Assembly (NCBI RefSeq): GCF_964204865.1
Contig: NC_135261.1
Coordinates: 10,726,001-10,790,000, forward strand
Direction of reading: 5' to 3'
From: Styela clava
Lineage: Eukaryota
DNA length: 64,000 nt
Below are positions 38,800-51,717 of the stretch, in pieces. The stretch's first letter is position 1. Each line of letters starts with the position of its first letter. The position numbers and the translations under genes are program-made. Under the pieces are notes generated by a model. The model was not told where the DNA came from. It saw only the letters and a program-made list of their open reading frames with translations, and did no database searches.

Positions 38800-39314
38800 T
38801 AAACTTTGGTTTATTGAATTTTTCGTTGCTATGCATTATCAATGATGATGCTTTGCAGAATATACTAATTTCATTAAGATTTCTCATTTCAATGTGTGCG
38901 TGTATATTTTTACTTGAATAATTGCTGCTACTACTTCAGTACTTACAACTGAATAATTGAATGACAAGTCAAATGTCTAGTATATTCTTTAATGGATATG
39001 CCTGATACATATGCCGATGTGCCATCTTGTCTCAAAATATACTCATCTTAGAATTTACAAATGGTTCCAAAGATGTGAAAGGAATATTATGGCTTTTAAT
39101 ATAAATATGTGAACACATGCAATTGAGTACTATTATGTTGAATCATTAATAATTTTATTGGGAAAATAAAGACCGAGTTAAAACAATCTGTTTACAGATT
39201 TAACTAGAAGATTTGATCGTGTTAGTTAGTACAATTTGACCATAGGGAATTGTTTTCACCTCATGTGATTTGTGGTTTGTTATTTTCTTTTTTAGTTTAA
39301 TAACAATAAAAAGT

Positions 39315-42300
39315 ATGTCTGTAATTTGTAAAGGGTTTCCTCTTTGGAACTATACTATGTCACATTCAAGAAAACTCAGTACAATCTGCTCAGGGTGTAT
39401 GAAAATTCGAATCAGACCAGCATTACGATTGCAAGCTTTCATTAATTTGCAAAGAAGGTTCTTTTCATCTGAAGAATTATCACCAGTCTCAAGTTTGACG
39501 GTGGAACAAGCACATAAATTGTATTTACCAAAGAAATTTAGATGTGAAAATAATGACCCGGTGTGTTTTTTTTTAATGTAAAATTAGCTGTTTAATTAGG
39601 CTTTGATCGAGTGGCGGAGTCTATGTGTAAAGGACCAGCCTTTGTTTGCATCATTTTAAATCCGCTTGAAGCAGATGACATAGAGTTTTATAATTAATAA
39701 CTTGGAAATGGTTGTGCCGTGTGCGAATACATTAAATTATGAATATTTTAATGATGTGCATATATAAAAAGATTTAATACTAATGATGCAATTAATAAAA
39801 TATTCATATACGGAATTTAAATTAAATACTATGATTTAATTTTCAGGCAGATCATAGTATGAAAGACATCGGTTTATTTTACACAATTCCACAAAACGAA
39901 TTCAAAGTCCTCAGCCCGGATGGTATCAGCTCAAAAGCTTTTGACAAAAAATCTCTAGAAGAAGTATGTATTTCTCGCTTATGGCTGTAATGCACTGCTG
40001 AAAATGTGTAATTTATGCTCAGAATTGCACTCTGCATTTATCACTGGTATCTGTTTTTTTAATAATATTGTTAATGATAGTAAAGAGTTTAAATAACGAT
40101 TAATTCACAACTTTTGTGACAACAAAGATGTGTGAATCGAATCAATTTGAAAGTTGTATTCAAATGTGTGACGTTGATGTTGAAAATTTTCTGCTGAGAG
40201 AAAAGGTAATTTGAGTATTAATGTCTATTTAAATCATGACTTGATTTTGTAATTGTAACCAGGATAATAGAGACCAGTAATATAAAAAAGAAGTCATCAC
40301 GAAAAACGAAATTGATCGAAGTCAATTTAAAAGCTGGATATTTTTCTTTATCAACAAGAAAGTAACTTTGACAGACTTGGATGTATGCTTTTTATCATAT
40401 CTATGTTGTGCTCAGATATGAGTTAATAACAAAATTGTTGTCCATTTGGGATATTATATACTACTATCGTTTTTGGTGTGCACAATAGGATGATATTTTT
40501 CTACTGTTTTATTACAGCAATTGTTTTTTTTCAGTTTCATGCTTTCAATGAAGCATCGATGATGATACGAAAACCATCTATTGAAATTTTAAATTATTTG
40601 AAGCATGCTGATTACTCCCTTCCTGTACAAAGATATCTTATTTGTATCCTTACAGAAGCATATACCATAATTGTTTTTCTAGTCGGCTATCTTGGTTATC
40701 TTAATCTGCATTAAACGAAAAGTTTGTTAAATGTGTCATGCATGACAAGAGCTATGTATTGGACATTGTAACTGTATGTATTTATGCGTACACATAGGCT
40801 ACTCTTATACATTGGATCTTAAACTTTTTAGGTCATGCACCATATTTAGAATTTGTCAAGTCTCGCGCCTCACTTCAAAAATACCTACCTATCAATAAGC
40901 TACAAAAACAGATAGTAAGGTGATCGTATGTTTTGTTCAAAAAACACGTAAAAAATATGTGGCAATAAAGTAAATAAAGAGATAAATGAAACTGCCAGAA
41001 ACCCCTTTTCCCCAACATTTCTTAACTCAAAACTCAGATGGCGATTTCGGAACTGGAAAAAGTTACACCTTACAACATGTTACACATTATTGTTCAAAAT
41101 ATGGTTGGCTTATTGTTCCTATTTTTAACGGTGAGAAGTTTGAAGTTTTTATTAGCTATTTTGTTAATATTTATTGATTCACCAATAAATTTCTGTTGAT
41201 AAGTAGATATTCTCATTGTCTGATCCATGATATGTCTTTTCTTCACACTTGGATCTGTATAAGTAGTCTCTGAGACTTCATGTCATCTAGCAAGTGTGGG
41301 GTAAATTGGGATCAAACTCAAGATCTCTAACTTATGGTGGTGAAGAAATGAATATTGGATCCTGTTTTTTTTATCTGAATCTTGGCCATAAATAAATATA
41401 CTTGTTATAGTTTCAAAGTAAATTTTTTTTAATGATTTTAAACATTCAGCATGGGATTGGATGTTGCATAGATCAAAACACAAACAAACACAACTAAAAG
41501 AACTGTCAGAGTCACAATGGAATAATGATCGTTATGACCAACCTGATCGAGCAGTCGCATGGCTTGAAGTATTTAAACGAATTAATAAACAGCATCTTGC
41601 GAATGTATGTATGTTTAGCATAAAGATAACTAATTTTTCCACATTGGTTGCGAGTTCTGTCAAGCAATACAGTCTGAGTTGATTGCTAGCTTGACACTTG
41701 GCCATCATAGGGTGGTCAATGTAACTGCTGTTAGTTATGAATTTTTCAAAACCATATCTGTGCATTTAATAAAAAAATGTTTGTTAGCTACTATTATCTA
41801 TGACTTGCATGGGTAAAGCGACATGTAACTGTGGTTAACCTTAAAGTTAATCTGTATTGGTATTATTGACTTTCAAATCCTCCCCAAACAAAACATGTCC
41901 TGGGTATATCCAATTTATATTATTATATGAAAAAGAAATCTACGGAATATTTCTAAGGAGCCTGTTGTAGAATGAATCATTATAATATAGGCTTTTAATT
42001 TGGTTGATCCTCTGCTCTGTATAGATAAAAACTTCAAAAGATTATATTTGGACAAAAAGGGAAAAAACGGATGCTGGATCTTCACTGGGAGCTCTTGTAG
42101 ATCAAGGTATCGCCAGAACTAGACTTGCAACAGATGCTATTGGTTGTATTATGAGAGAAATAAGAGTACAGGGACCTGAAACAATGCCTAGGTAGTGAGG
42201 AATTATTATTTTTTTTCTTTTAATTTTTGATAAAACTTCAGCTCTAACTCTAAGGCTAGTTATTCCCTGCCAGTGAGTTTACACTAATATAGTGATTGTT

Positions 42301-45300
42301 CGATTGCTCAAATAAAGGGTGCTACTGAATAATTTTTCGAACTTAGATGGTTATTAAATAGTATCATATTTTATAGACCATAGGTTCTCAAAGTGCTCCG
42401 TACGGAGCCCCAGGGCTCCGCGAGAGAAACCCAGGGGCTCCGCGAGCTATTCGATTACTTTTCAAAATACTGACTTGGCTAATTTTGTAACAGTTCAAAG
42501 AAGCAATAACAGCTTTGATAATATCTGAAACAATATATAGCCTCGAAATATGGCAAAGAGGCTAAATTAAAAAATGAAATTATTTATAAGCTGGAGCGCA
42601 GCCAGGCTTCTGAGGAGGGGGTGGGAATGGAATCGGAAACTTCCGCGCGACATTCTTCGCGAGTTAAAAAAAAAAACGGATTGCGAGATTTCTGTTGCGT
42701 AAAATATTCAATCCATGACCGATGCGAGCATTTAATTAAAGTGTCTTGTTCTAATAATATAATTGTGCTCGTCGTTACTCACGTTTGATTCGAGATTACT
42801 ATTAGGATTACTAAAATAAAGGATTACTATTCTAAAATAACATAAAATATGTGATAAACTGCCAACTATAAATAAATTGGAGTCGTATTTTTGCGATCTT
42901 GGGATTTGTCAAACTTCATTTGTTCTTTTGCACTCGAGATTATTTTTAAGCAAGATAATAATTGATATTTTAATCGCCGTTTAAAAAATCACAAGGTCTC
43001 GGCAAAATACGAACGATTGAAATTAATTTATTGCATGCGGCTCCGTCGGTGGTTTCAGAATGAAAAAAAGGTACATCGCGCGCACAATTGACTGTGTTAC
43101 GATTTCGCAGTTACTACGATGAATCACCAGAGAAAACCTAACATAACACCAAATTTTGTGATTTCCAATGCCTATATAAAAGCGTTTTTGATCTGACGTG
43201 AGACTGCTGAAATAAAATTTTCTTTATTAAATTATTTTTAGCGTTTTGTCGCCGATGACTATAATATCATCACGCTAATAACCGAATTGCGTAAGTCATT
43301 TTTAGCAGTTTTGAGAAAAACGTAAAAAACCTAATGATATTGTTATGCCATTGAGAGTCAATAATTTGCCATGGTTCAATTTTTTGATCGTAGCCGGATT
43401 TAAGTTAATTTGTATGACGCAGTTAAGTGACGTCATAAAGGCGCACTGTGACTTAGGCAGAAATGTGTTTATGACTTGGGCACATACGCAATTTTGCAAC
43501 TTTACTATATGCACCAGTCCTGAAAACTAAACATTCCAAAAACGAATGTAATTCTCAGTATCTACAATGTCTAATCCCCAAAATAGCTAATCAGTTTTAA
43601 TTTCAATATTTTTTATGTTTAAAAATATATATTTCATCAATATAACACGTTCCGCACACCCACCGAAAAAAGACTAAGATTAAATATAAAGGATAAAACA
43701 GCAATGCACCCAAACTCGGACAGTGAATATCACAAGTGCACGCCTTCCTATACTGTAGTATAAATTCAAATTAATACGCGCTAAGCTAGAATCCGAGATG
43801 CAAAAACTCGTAAATACTTCGCCGAGGTTATTTTGCCTTCGTGACGTCAAAATAGTCCTGCGGTAACAATGATAATTCATTATGAGGAAACAATTGCACA
43901 AATGTGCATGTCATACTAAATCTTCATTTTTATGGGTTTCGGAATTCTTAATATAAAATCTGAGTTAACAGACAGGTGCGCAGCATCACATAAATACCTA
44001 TTTTATAAAAAAAAACTCAAAATCGTCAAAAATGACTTACGCAATTCGGTTATTAGCGTGACGATATGGTAACATGTTTTTCACATTGAACTCATAATTC
44101 CCCACGAGAACAAAAAAGCAATTATCGTCGTCATTGTGAAACAATACATGTACGTGCCGACGGAAATTTTTGATTTAGGGAGAATAAACACCGACGTAAA
44201 GATGTTAAAAAATTGCCATGCTGAGGAGAACCATCGGCGAATGTAACAAAATACATTCGCGCACGTTGTCAGCGACTTTGTAAGTCTTCTGAAAATGTCA
44301 AAAGAGTAAAGATTCGGTCCATAATTTATTAATATGTTTATCAAGTGTCAAATTTACAGTTTTAGTATACATAATTTATCTTTGAAATTTAGATTTATTT
44401 ATGACTTGTATTAACCCTATTAAAAAAGGTTTAGCATTCAAATTAAGTAAAGTACTTTTAATTTTACTCAGGAATATTAATAGAAAAGTAACAATTTTAA
44501 CATTTCATTTGGGGCTCCGTGAATAATAGTTAATCTTTTCAAGGGCTCCGCAACACCAAAAGTTTGAGAACCCCTGTTATAGACCATGAGGTGCATCGTG
44601 ATTGTTTTTTTGACCACACATGGGGCACCGGGCTATTGGACGCAACCGGTATTGGTTTTGAGTGTAGACAATAAAGCACTACCCGATCCATAAAATATGG
44701 CAGACTCGGCATAGTTTGTTACATCTATTCAAATTTGTTAGAAAATTATCATCCTACGTTTTTTTGTGTTGCAGGACTCTGGTTGCCATAGACTGCGTGA
44801 ATGCACTATTCGCCAGCACAAATCTAAAAGTATCTATAGAAGGATATGTAAGATTAATAAATATATAAGATTTGGATAGCTATGATAAGAGTTTGGAAAC
44901 TTGATGAAATTCTGTTTTTATAATTAATAGTGATACACTTTTGGAAGGACAAATACTTGTGCAAAATGTTAAATTTGAGAAGATGTACAATGTAACTTCC
45001 TGTCACTTATATGCATATACATTTTACAGGTCAATGCTGATGAACTTGCATTTGTTATTAATTTGAAGAAGCTTATGAGTAATACATGGGTAAGATCGAG
45101 TACTTTCTATATTGGACCCATTCTTTGAAAATATACTACTTGTTCAATGCGGATGGTTAAATATACAGTTTTTAGTCTCGTATTCTGAGAGGTATATGTC
45201 TAGTTATGTAGTGTTTCCTACCTGAGGCATGAATCACTGATATGTGGGAGCTATTGAGTTTTTGGACGAAATGAGATCTTCTCAGTTTGGCATATATCAT

Positions 45301-46385
45301 ATTTTATTGCATCTTGAGTAAGGTGGCATATGTTGGGTTTGAACCTATATGTTATTTTCGGTGAGAATTGCTATGCTGGAAACATTGTTGATATTTCAAT
45401 ACCTCTCAGTTAGACCTATGAATTCGAAATATTAAAATACAGTTTAAATTTACAGCAAGGCAATATTTAAACTGAATAGATTTTTTGTCCAAATTTTTTT
45501 TTGCAATTTGTACCAAGATCCCAGCGCATTTCTTTTGCAGCAGGGACTACTCAGTACTCATGCTACGAACAAATACAATTTTGGGTATTTCATCTAATGA
45601 TAAGAATGTGACCATTTTTTATGATCTATTATTTATACTTTCTATTCAGACAAATGGGGCTGTAGTTTGTGCAATGAGTTGCATATATACCACGCCATTA
45701 AGACGTGGAATAAATATCAGAGATGCTACGCACACATATAAAGTACTCGGACATGAGGGATTTGATGCACTTGACCCTCATATCCCCGTAGAAGTTGAGA
45801 ACTACACTCATGAAGAGATTCTTTCCCAACTTGCATATTATGAAGACAGAAAATGGCTAACAGAAAAAGGTATGAGCTTTAGACAGAAATTTAGATTTGT
45901 TTTAGATTTTCACTGTGCAAGATTACTGCTTCTTAAGAGTAAATTCTGAGTAAAAGAATTCTCTATGTTCCACCATGTTATTAATGTGGTTCTGTTGGTT
46001 AAATTATGATTACTAGTTGAAAATATATTTTGAATTGTTTACCCCCTGTGTATTGTTAAAACTTTTTGTGTCACAATATGGTGTTATGGATAACACTAGT
46101 TTAGTGTTTAAAATCTACCAAATTTTACATTGTCAAATATCAATATTGTTTGTTTCATTTATCTATATCCACACTTATCTGCTATCTAAATATAGTCCAT
46201 GCTTTCATCTCCCTCTGATAAAAAAAAAATATAATCCACTCTTTAATATGTATAGTGTAAATTTCTTTTTATACATGATATGACTTCATTTTTCAGCAAT
46301 GACAGATGAGGGAAGACAAGAGATTATACAATTATCAGGCACTAACCCTGTTGAGCTTGCCAAAGTTTGTAACACCCTAAACTAA
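39315..46385 (+). CDS. DAP3: Mitochondrial ribosomal protein mS29 / death-associated protein 3, 10 coding exons
   Basis: Exons ~39315-39560, 39847-39963, 40535-40643, 41038-41130, 41449-41603, 42026-42191, 44775-44846, 45030-45088, 45650-45869, 46297-46385. Motifs: FNEASMMIRKPSIEILNYLK, P-loop YGDFGTGKS, RYDQP, LGHEGFDALDPHIPVEVENY. Mitochondrial presequence-like N-terminus. Confidence 0.93.
40644..41037 (+). other. U12-type (minor spliceosome) GT-AG intron in DAP3
   Basis: 5' splice site GTATCCTT, branch point TTTCTTAAC about 11 nt before the AG, and no polypyrimidine tract. Splicing restores RYLI-Y-GDFGTGKS. Confidence 0.88.
42379..44576. mobile_element. Non-autonomous hAT element in DAP3 intron 6
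   Basis: Ends CATAGGTTCTCAAA / TTTGAGAACCCCTG, GGGCTCCG subterminal repeats and a perfect 8-bp TSD TTATAGAC. Confidence 0.88.
43266..44065. mobile_element. Unclassified ~800-bp TIR element nested in the hAT element
   Basis: ~50-bp TIR ATCRTCACGCTAATAACCGAATTGCGTAAGTCATTTTT..., flanked by AT on both sides. Confidence 0.8.
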
Positions 46386-46801
46386 ATTTTGAAAGAAACT
46401 GAATCTGATCAGAAGCGAAATGAAATCACTGTGGCATATGCCATTCAAAGTTATCGAAATGGACAAGATCTCAGACCATGGCCTTCAGGTCAGATGTGAA
46501 AATAAGCCCATAGGTGGTATAAATTGTAACCACCCTTCCATTGACCGCTGTTGTAATACCTATGTTAAATCTTTTGCTACACCATATCAGTCTGATTCTT
46601 ATTAGTTCAAAGAGTATTACTCTCCATAGATCAAATTTAAACATTAGATTTTCCGTATTGGCAGTGGTGCTTTCTTGCTTAGCTGTTAATAATGCAAAAA
46701 ATTGGAAATGTAGATAAAACTCGATCACCGTACGTCGACATTAGAAAATAATCAAACATCTGGTAAATTTTTTTTTCATTTAGCATAATAGTGAATCATA
46801 A

Positions 46802-48813
46802 TTAAAAACGATATATATTTTCAATAGTCATACCACAGTTCACAAGATTCTTTTCTAAATCAATTTCAAATTCAATAGGCCCGCACACAAAAGAATAGAG
46901 CTTTGCGTCGTCAAAGTTTATGTGAAACTGTTCTCCAATCGATTTCAAACTGTTAAAACTGATACGTTCATAGAATATATTTTCATTATACTTCTTCTTC
47001 GATTCTACTTGTTTTTTATCTTCTTGACTTAAAAAATAAATGACATGAAAATTCCAGTATTCTGCCCATTTGTCTAGTTGTTCTTTCAGCAGGATGTCTT
47101 CATAAACTTGACAAGCGTAAAGGAGTATTATCACAGTGTCTTCATCATCATTGCATAGAATAGTTTGTATAACTTTAGCCATTGGTGTTATTCCAGTTCC
47201 TGCAGCAATTAGAAGAATTTTCCCCCATTTATTGCAACTGTACTGTATTTGTGACCCAACTGGCCCCCTAGAGAAAAACAATGTAAATATATTGCAATGT
47301 TACTTAAATCTGGTATAAGCAGCCTCACTGTATCAAAATGAAGGTATAGCCATCCATTTATAAGTATGGGGTGTACTAGGGTATTGAACTGCAGGTCCTT
47401 TCTCCTTGTTTATTTCATATTCCGGATCCGTATGTGGCTGTAGCCACAAGGATGCGTGACTGAGATGGTATTATAAAGATAAATAAAAACACCATACGGA
47501 CGGTAATCTCTTTCCACGAAATATCAAGTATATTTATGAGCTTTCGTTAGATCATAGTCTTCTTCAGATAAAACAAGATATGGCTTGATAACAGCAAAGC
47601 TCATAAATATACATGATATATCGTGGAAAGAGATTACTGTATGCTATTTTCATTAAGTCAGAAAGTAAGTTTGAAAAGTATTTCTAAAAAGATTTAAAGT
47701 GGTATTTTGAATTAATCACTGCAGAGAGAGTCTGCTGTGGGCTCAATCATAAATAACTTGTGAAGGGGAGGTGGCTTCAATTGGGTATCTAGAAGCATCC
47801 TGCAGTGGGCTTAGCATATAAAGTTTCAGTGTTCACTCATCTAAACCAGGGGCCCGCGGAACGAGGTTTTTATTTAGTTAATACCAGAGTTCAATTTTCT
47901 ATCTATGCCTATGACGATACAATGCCCCAACAGCTAACAACGCAATGTCATAAGATTAATAACCAACATTTTCGTGCCTGTAACTACTAGGAAGCTTATA
48001 ATGAATAAAGGTGCGGCCCGCTGTTTCACCCATTCATTTTTATCTGGCCCTCTTGTAATAAAGGCCGCACACCCCTGATCCAAACTAAAGCATTTGTTGT
48101 TTCAGTGTCACCCATCCTATATCGACAGTGGGGCTTGCCATTGGCTACCGTGCCATCGTAGCTTTTCAACAAAGCTCATAAATGCTGATGTTCTAGCATG
48201 ATTATTGGACGTACAAGTCGATTATTGGACGTACAAGTCTCACCTGCATCGTACTAAATCACCCACTTTCCAGTCGCTCACCACAGAAGACATTTTTCCA
48301 TTTTCATACAGTTTAATCACTAGAGTTAAATTCTTATCAAATTCAGTCATTTGAACAGGTGTGAATGGCCTCGTAATGTACTCTTCACCAAAGTTAGCTT
48401 TTATGATAACATGCTGCCCTATATCCATCTTGAATTGAATTTGCTTCCCTGATTGTTCAGACAAATGGTACACAAATGTGTTTGTGTTAACTCTGTCCAT
48501 TTTCTGAATTCTCAGGTCCGTGTACTTGCCTGGACACAGTGTGGCTTCTTCTGTTCCACCTGAAAGTGATGATTGTGTTGAAAAGTATTCAAATAAATGT
48601 TAAGTTTGAAAAAACATAATGGACAACGAATAATTATTTTGAGTTATTCACCAAGCATTATTCACAAACATCACCTACACCATTATCTTCATTTCCTTTG
48701 ATTCTACGCTCCCAAATTTTATATTCCTCTTCATAAACATCAAAAACACATCTTCTGCATCCAGACCCACAACAATCACTTTCATCTGGTTTAGTTGGAG
48801 GAAGAAAATCCAT
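46802..48813 (-). CDS. CYB5RL: NADH-cytochrome b5 reductase-like protein, 3 coding exons
   Basis: Exon 1 (~48813-48675) MDFLPPTKPDESDCCGSGCRRCVFDVY is the oxidoreductase-like N-domain. Exon 2 (48559-48245) has the FAD-binding RPFTP...IKLYENGKMS. Exon 3 (~47268-46802) has AAGTGITPM, CGP and a terminal F. Confidence 0.92.
47530..47575 (-). ncRNA. Degenerate Penelope-type minimal hammerhead ribozyme motif within an inverted repeat (47503-47637)
   Basis: The minus strand reads TTTAT-CTGAAGA-agactatgatctaac-GAAA-GCTC-ATAAA. Stem I pairs and stem III is the palindrome AGCT, but stem II is poor. Confidence 0.55.
47847..48077. mobile_element. Short hAT MITE in CYB5RL intron 2
   Basis: CAGGGG...CCCCTG ends, GGCCCG subterminal motifs and TSD ATCTAAAC/ATCCAAAC. 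Confidence 0.7.
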
Positions 48814-49324
48814 ATATGAGACAATTTATATGATATAAATACATAGAGCCTAATTGAAGAAAATCACAACATTACAAAAATATCAAACAATTTGGTCATT
48901 GAAACTATGATGTATTTTGCATTCACAAAATAAGTACGGGTATCTATAAATTTTACTGCTGAATCATTCCTGCCAATTCAGGATTGTTGCTTCTTTATGG
49001 TTGGGTTGAAAGGTTAAATTCATGGCTATTTCCTAAAATTTATCAAATAAAATCTATAATCCGCCCATTGCTGTAGCTTAAGAATATTAAATCACTCAAT
49101 GTGTTAAAAGGGGAACAACATTTGACCAGCAATCATTCTGGTTCAAACATTAGCGCTGAAACTTCTTGGCAAATTGTTGATTTTGAAGTTGAGCAATACC
49201 ATTGCACATACCGGTACTTCAATTTCTTACTAAAATTTTGATCATTGTCTAAATTACGGTGGTTAAAAATGCACAGCATGATTGCTCAAAATTTATATAT
49301 AGTTTATTTGCTGATAACTAGCCA

Positions 49325-50437
49325 TTATGGTTGTTTGTATTTTCTTCTGCCATTCAATTTTCTTTGTCTCATTTTCCACATGTGAGGTATCATGACAGTT
49401 ACAATTGTATACAACAAGAGTGCAACATACAGACGTATCAACCAGATGAACTTGAAGGTGAAGTTAAAAGCATTTGGCATATTAAGTTCATACATACCAC
49501 GTTCGGCAAAAACTTGTGAAACACGTATGTATAATACAGTCTCCATTGAGACGCCTAACGGATATAGTGGTATCCACAAAGAATAACGAAGCCATGTTAC
49601 GATACGAGAAGGAATGTTTGCAGTTTCACAAACATAGAATGGATAACGAACCATCTCAATGCTGCTCCAAGCCAAAAGAAGTACTGTGACATACCACTCA
49701 TGTTTAATGAAATCTGCAGCCAGCCAAAGACAAAACAGAGCAAAATTTCTCCCAAATACTTGCATTAGTGGGGTGATCCAAGAGCCTTTCATTATTCCAG
49801 TAAAAGGATGGACCGCTTCCATAAAAGAAAGAACTACAGCAAAATGCACTGCATTTCCACACCTGTCATAAGCAATGGGAAAAAGCTTCGTTCCACCTCT
49901 AAAAATATTGACAGTGAGAAAGAAAAATATATAACAGTGAGCTAGAAACTGTATGACGTTATAAAGAACGAGATATCCTCTCCTTAGCATATCTACTGTT
50001 TCCTCGTATTTCTTCTTTTCATTCTTCAATTCTCTCAGGAAAGACGATTCCTGTTCCTTTCTTTTTTCATCTTCCTCATCAGACTCGGACCTCCACTTGT
50101 CAAAATCCAGTTTCAAGAAATGGGGACTCTTTTTTTGCGAAGTTAATTGAGGCCACCATTCACCCATTCCTTCTTTTGTTAAGAAAACTTCAACAGATGA
50201 TCCAGTGACTTTATGAATACAACTTTCTTCATCAATTGGTTTATAGAATTCTAATGAAAACTTGTACTGATTTTCACCGTTTGCTCCAACGCCTTTGGCC
50301 TCGAATGTCATGGATTTAGTCTTCAGTACAATATTAGGATGATGACATTGTTGCAACTCTATCTTTAAGCTCAGCATATCCTTGCGTTGTGCCCATCTTA
50401 CAGTGGGTAACAAGGTTGCATATTCTCCATCACCCAT
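49325..50437 (-). CDS. HACD3: Very-long-chain 3-hydroxyacyl-CoA dehydratase 3
   Basis: 370 aa with an N-terminal p23/CS domain (PTVRWAQR, FLKLDFDKW) and a PTPLA domain (WLRYSLWIPLYPLGVSME); intronless CDS. Confidence 0.95.
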   Translation of the reverse strand: MGDGEYATLLPTVRWAQRKDMLSLKIELQQCHHPNIVLKTKSMTFEAKGVGANGENQYKFSLEFYKPIDEESCIHKVTGSSVEVFLTKEGMGEWWPQLTSQKKSPHFLKLDFDKWRSESDEEDEKRKEQESSFLRELKNEKKKYEETVDMLRRGYLVLYNVIQFLAHCYIFFFLTVNIFRGGTKLFPIAYDRCGNAVHFAVVLSFMEAVHPFTGIMKGSWITPLMQVFGRNFALFCLWLAADFIKHEWYVTVLLLAWSSIEMVRYPFYVCETANIPSRIVTWLRYSLWIPLYPLGVSMETVLYIRVSQVFAERGMYELNMPNAFNFTFKFIWLIRLYVALLLYTIVTVMIPHMWKMRQRKLNGRRKYKQP

Positions 50438-51717
50438 TATGCAAAATGCCTATTTATTAAAATGCATAAAGCTATGGAAAAAGGAGGAAAAATTTACTGG
50501 TATGATAAAGTCAAAACTACTATTATGACATTCGGTCACCTAAAATAACAATAATTTTTAACAAATTATAGTATATCAGTGAATAATACCTTCACAAATT
50601 CATCTTGCCTCGCCAATTCTGTTATTTGATAATTAAATCGAAAATTGATTTTTATCTATCAAGTAAGCCAAAACCAAAAAAATTCACATTTTGATAATTG
50701 GCTAACAAAATTTCTGATGAAATATATATATATCTAGAGTGTTAAGCAAACTTAACCAACAATGAGCTCAATTCCACTATACAAAGCGTTCATAATGAAA
50801 TACTTGATACAACATCCAGAATAATATAGGCCCATAGTTTAAAGTGATATCATTGTAAGAATACAATCGCAATTCTTGTCAATTATTAATAACTGAACAA
50901 AGCTAAATGATATTACACAGGAGATATATGCTCGGACCACTTTGGCTAAGACTCGCTCTTAACTTTAATAACTCCAAGTGGCAGAAACAAGGGTGAGCAA
51001 GTCTCTCAACAGTATCAGTAGTTTATTTTTACACATGCCGAAAATACACATTGTACATACAGAACAAAGCATTAGTGAACAATGCTTAAGTGATATCTCT
51101 TTGATTAATCCAAGTCGTCTCGTTTTTGTATTTACAATGATTATAAAAATCTATATATCATCATGGCAATGTTTACATAGCGAATAACAATTCTGAGTTT
51201 ATATTTTGTATTGCTAAATGATGCACATATACCCCTCGCTAAAAACTTATGATTGGAATGCCATAAAAATAGAAAAAAATACATATTGGTCTTTGTAAAT
51301 TCGTGATTATCTCAAGAGTGATCAGTAATTAGATTATTATATGTTGATAATGTAGTCATAGTCATAGCAACATGAATGGTTCAAAGTTTAATTTGGAGCC
51401 AAAATAGGCATTGGAACATCTTGTTGGTAAAGAAGTTTTTAGCTTGACTTAGGATTTTCATAAAAAATTAATCATAGAAAACAGCAAAACTATTTTTGAG
51501 CAGAAATTACACAAAAAATGAACATATTTGCTTTTAAATTATCTATTAGAAAAAAGTTCCGCTTCGTCACAAATTGTTTTAATCTTGATTCACATCCTAC
51601 TGTCCGGGCCAACTTTTGATTCTTGCATCGCATTTAATCCTTTCAAACATTTCACTTTTTTCCGAATAATTGACATATGTCTGAATGTAACATCATTCTC
51701 GTGAAAATGGGATTAAA

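Noticed and set aside
50929-50975. CTCGGACCACTTTGGCTAAGA, resembling the 5' end of U2 snRNA
   Set aside because: The match is short and gapped, and lacks the GTGTAGTA branch-recognition sequence and an Sm site. It is likely chance.
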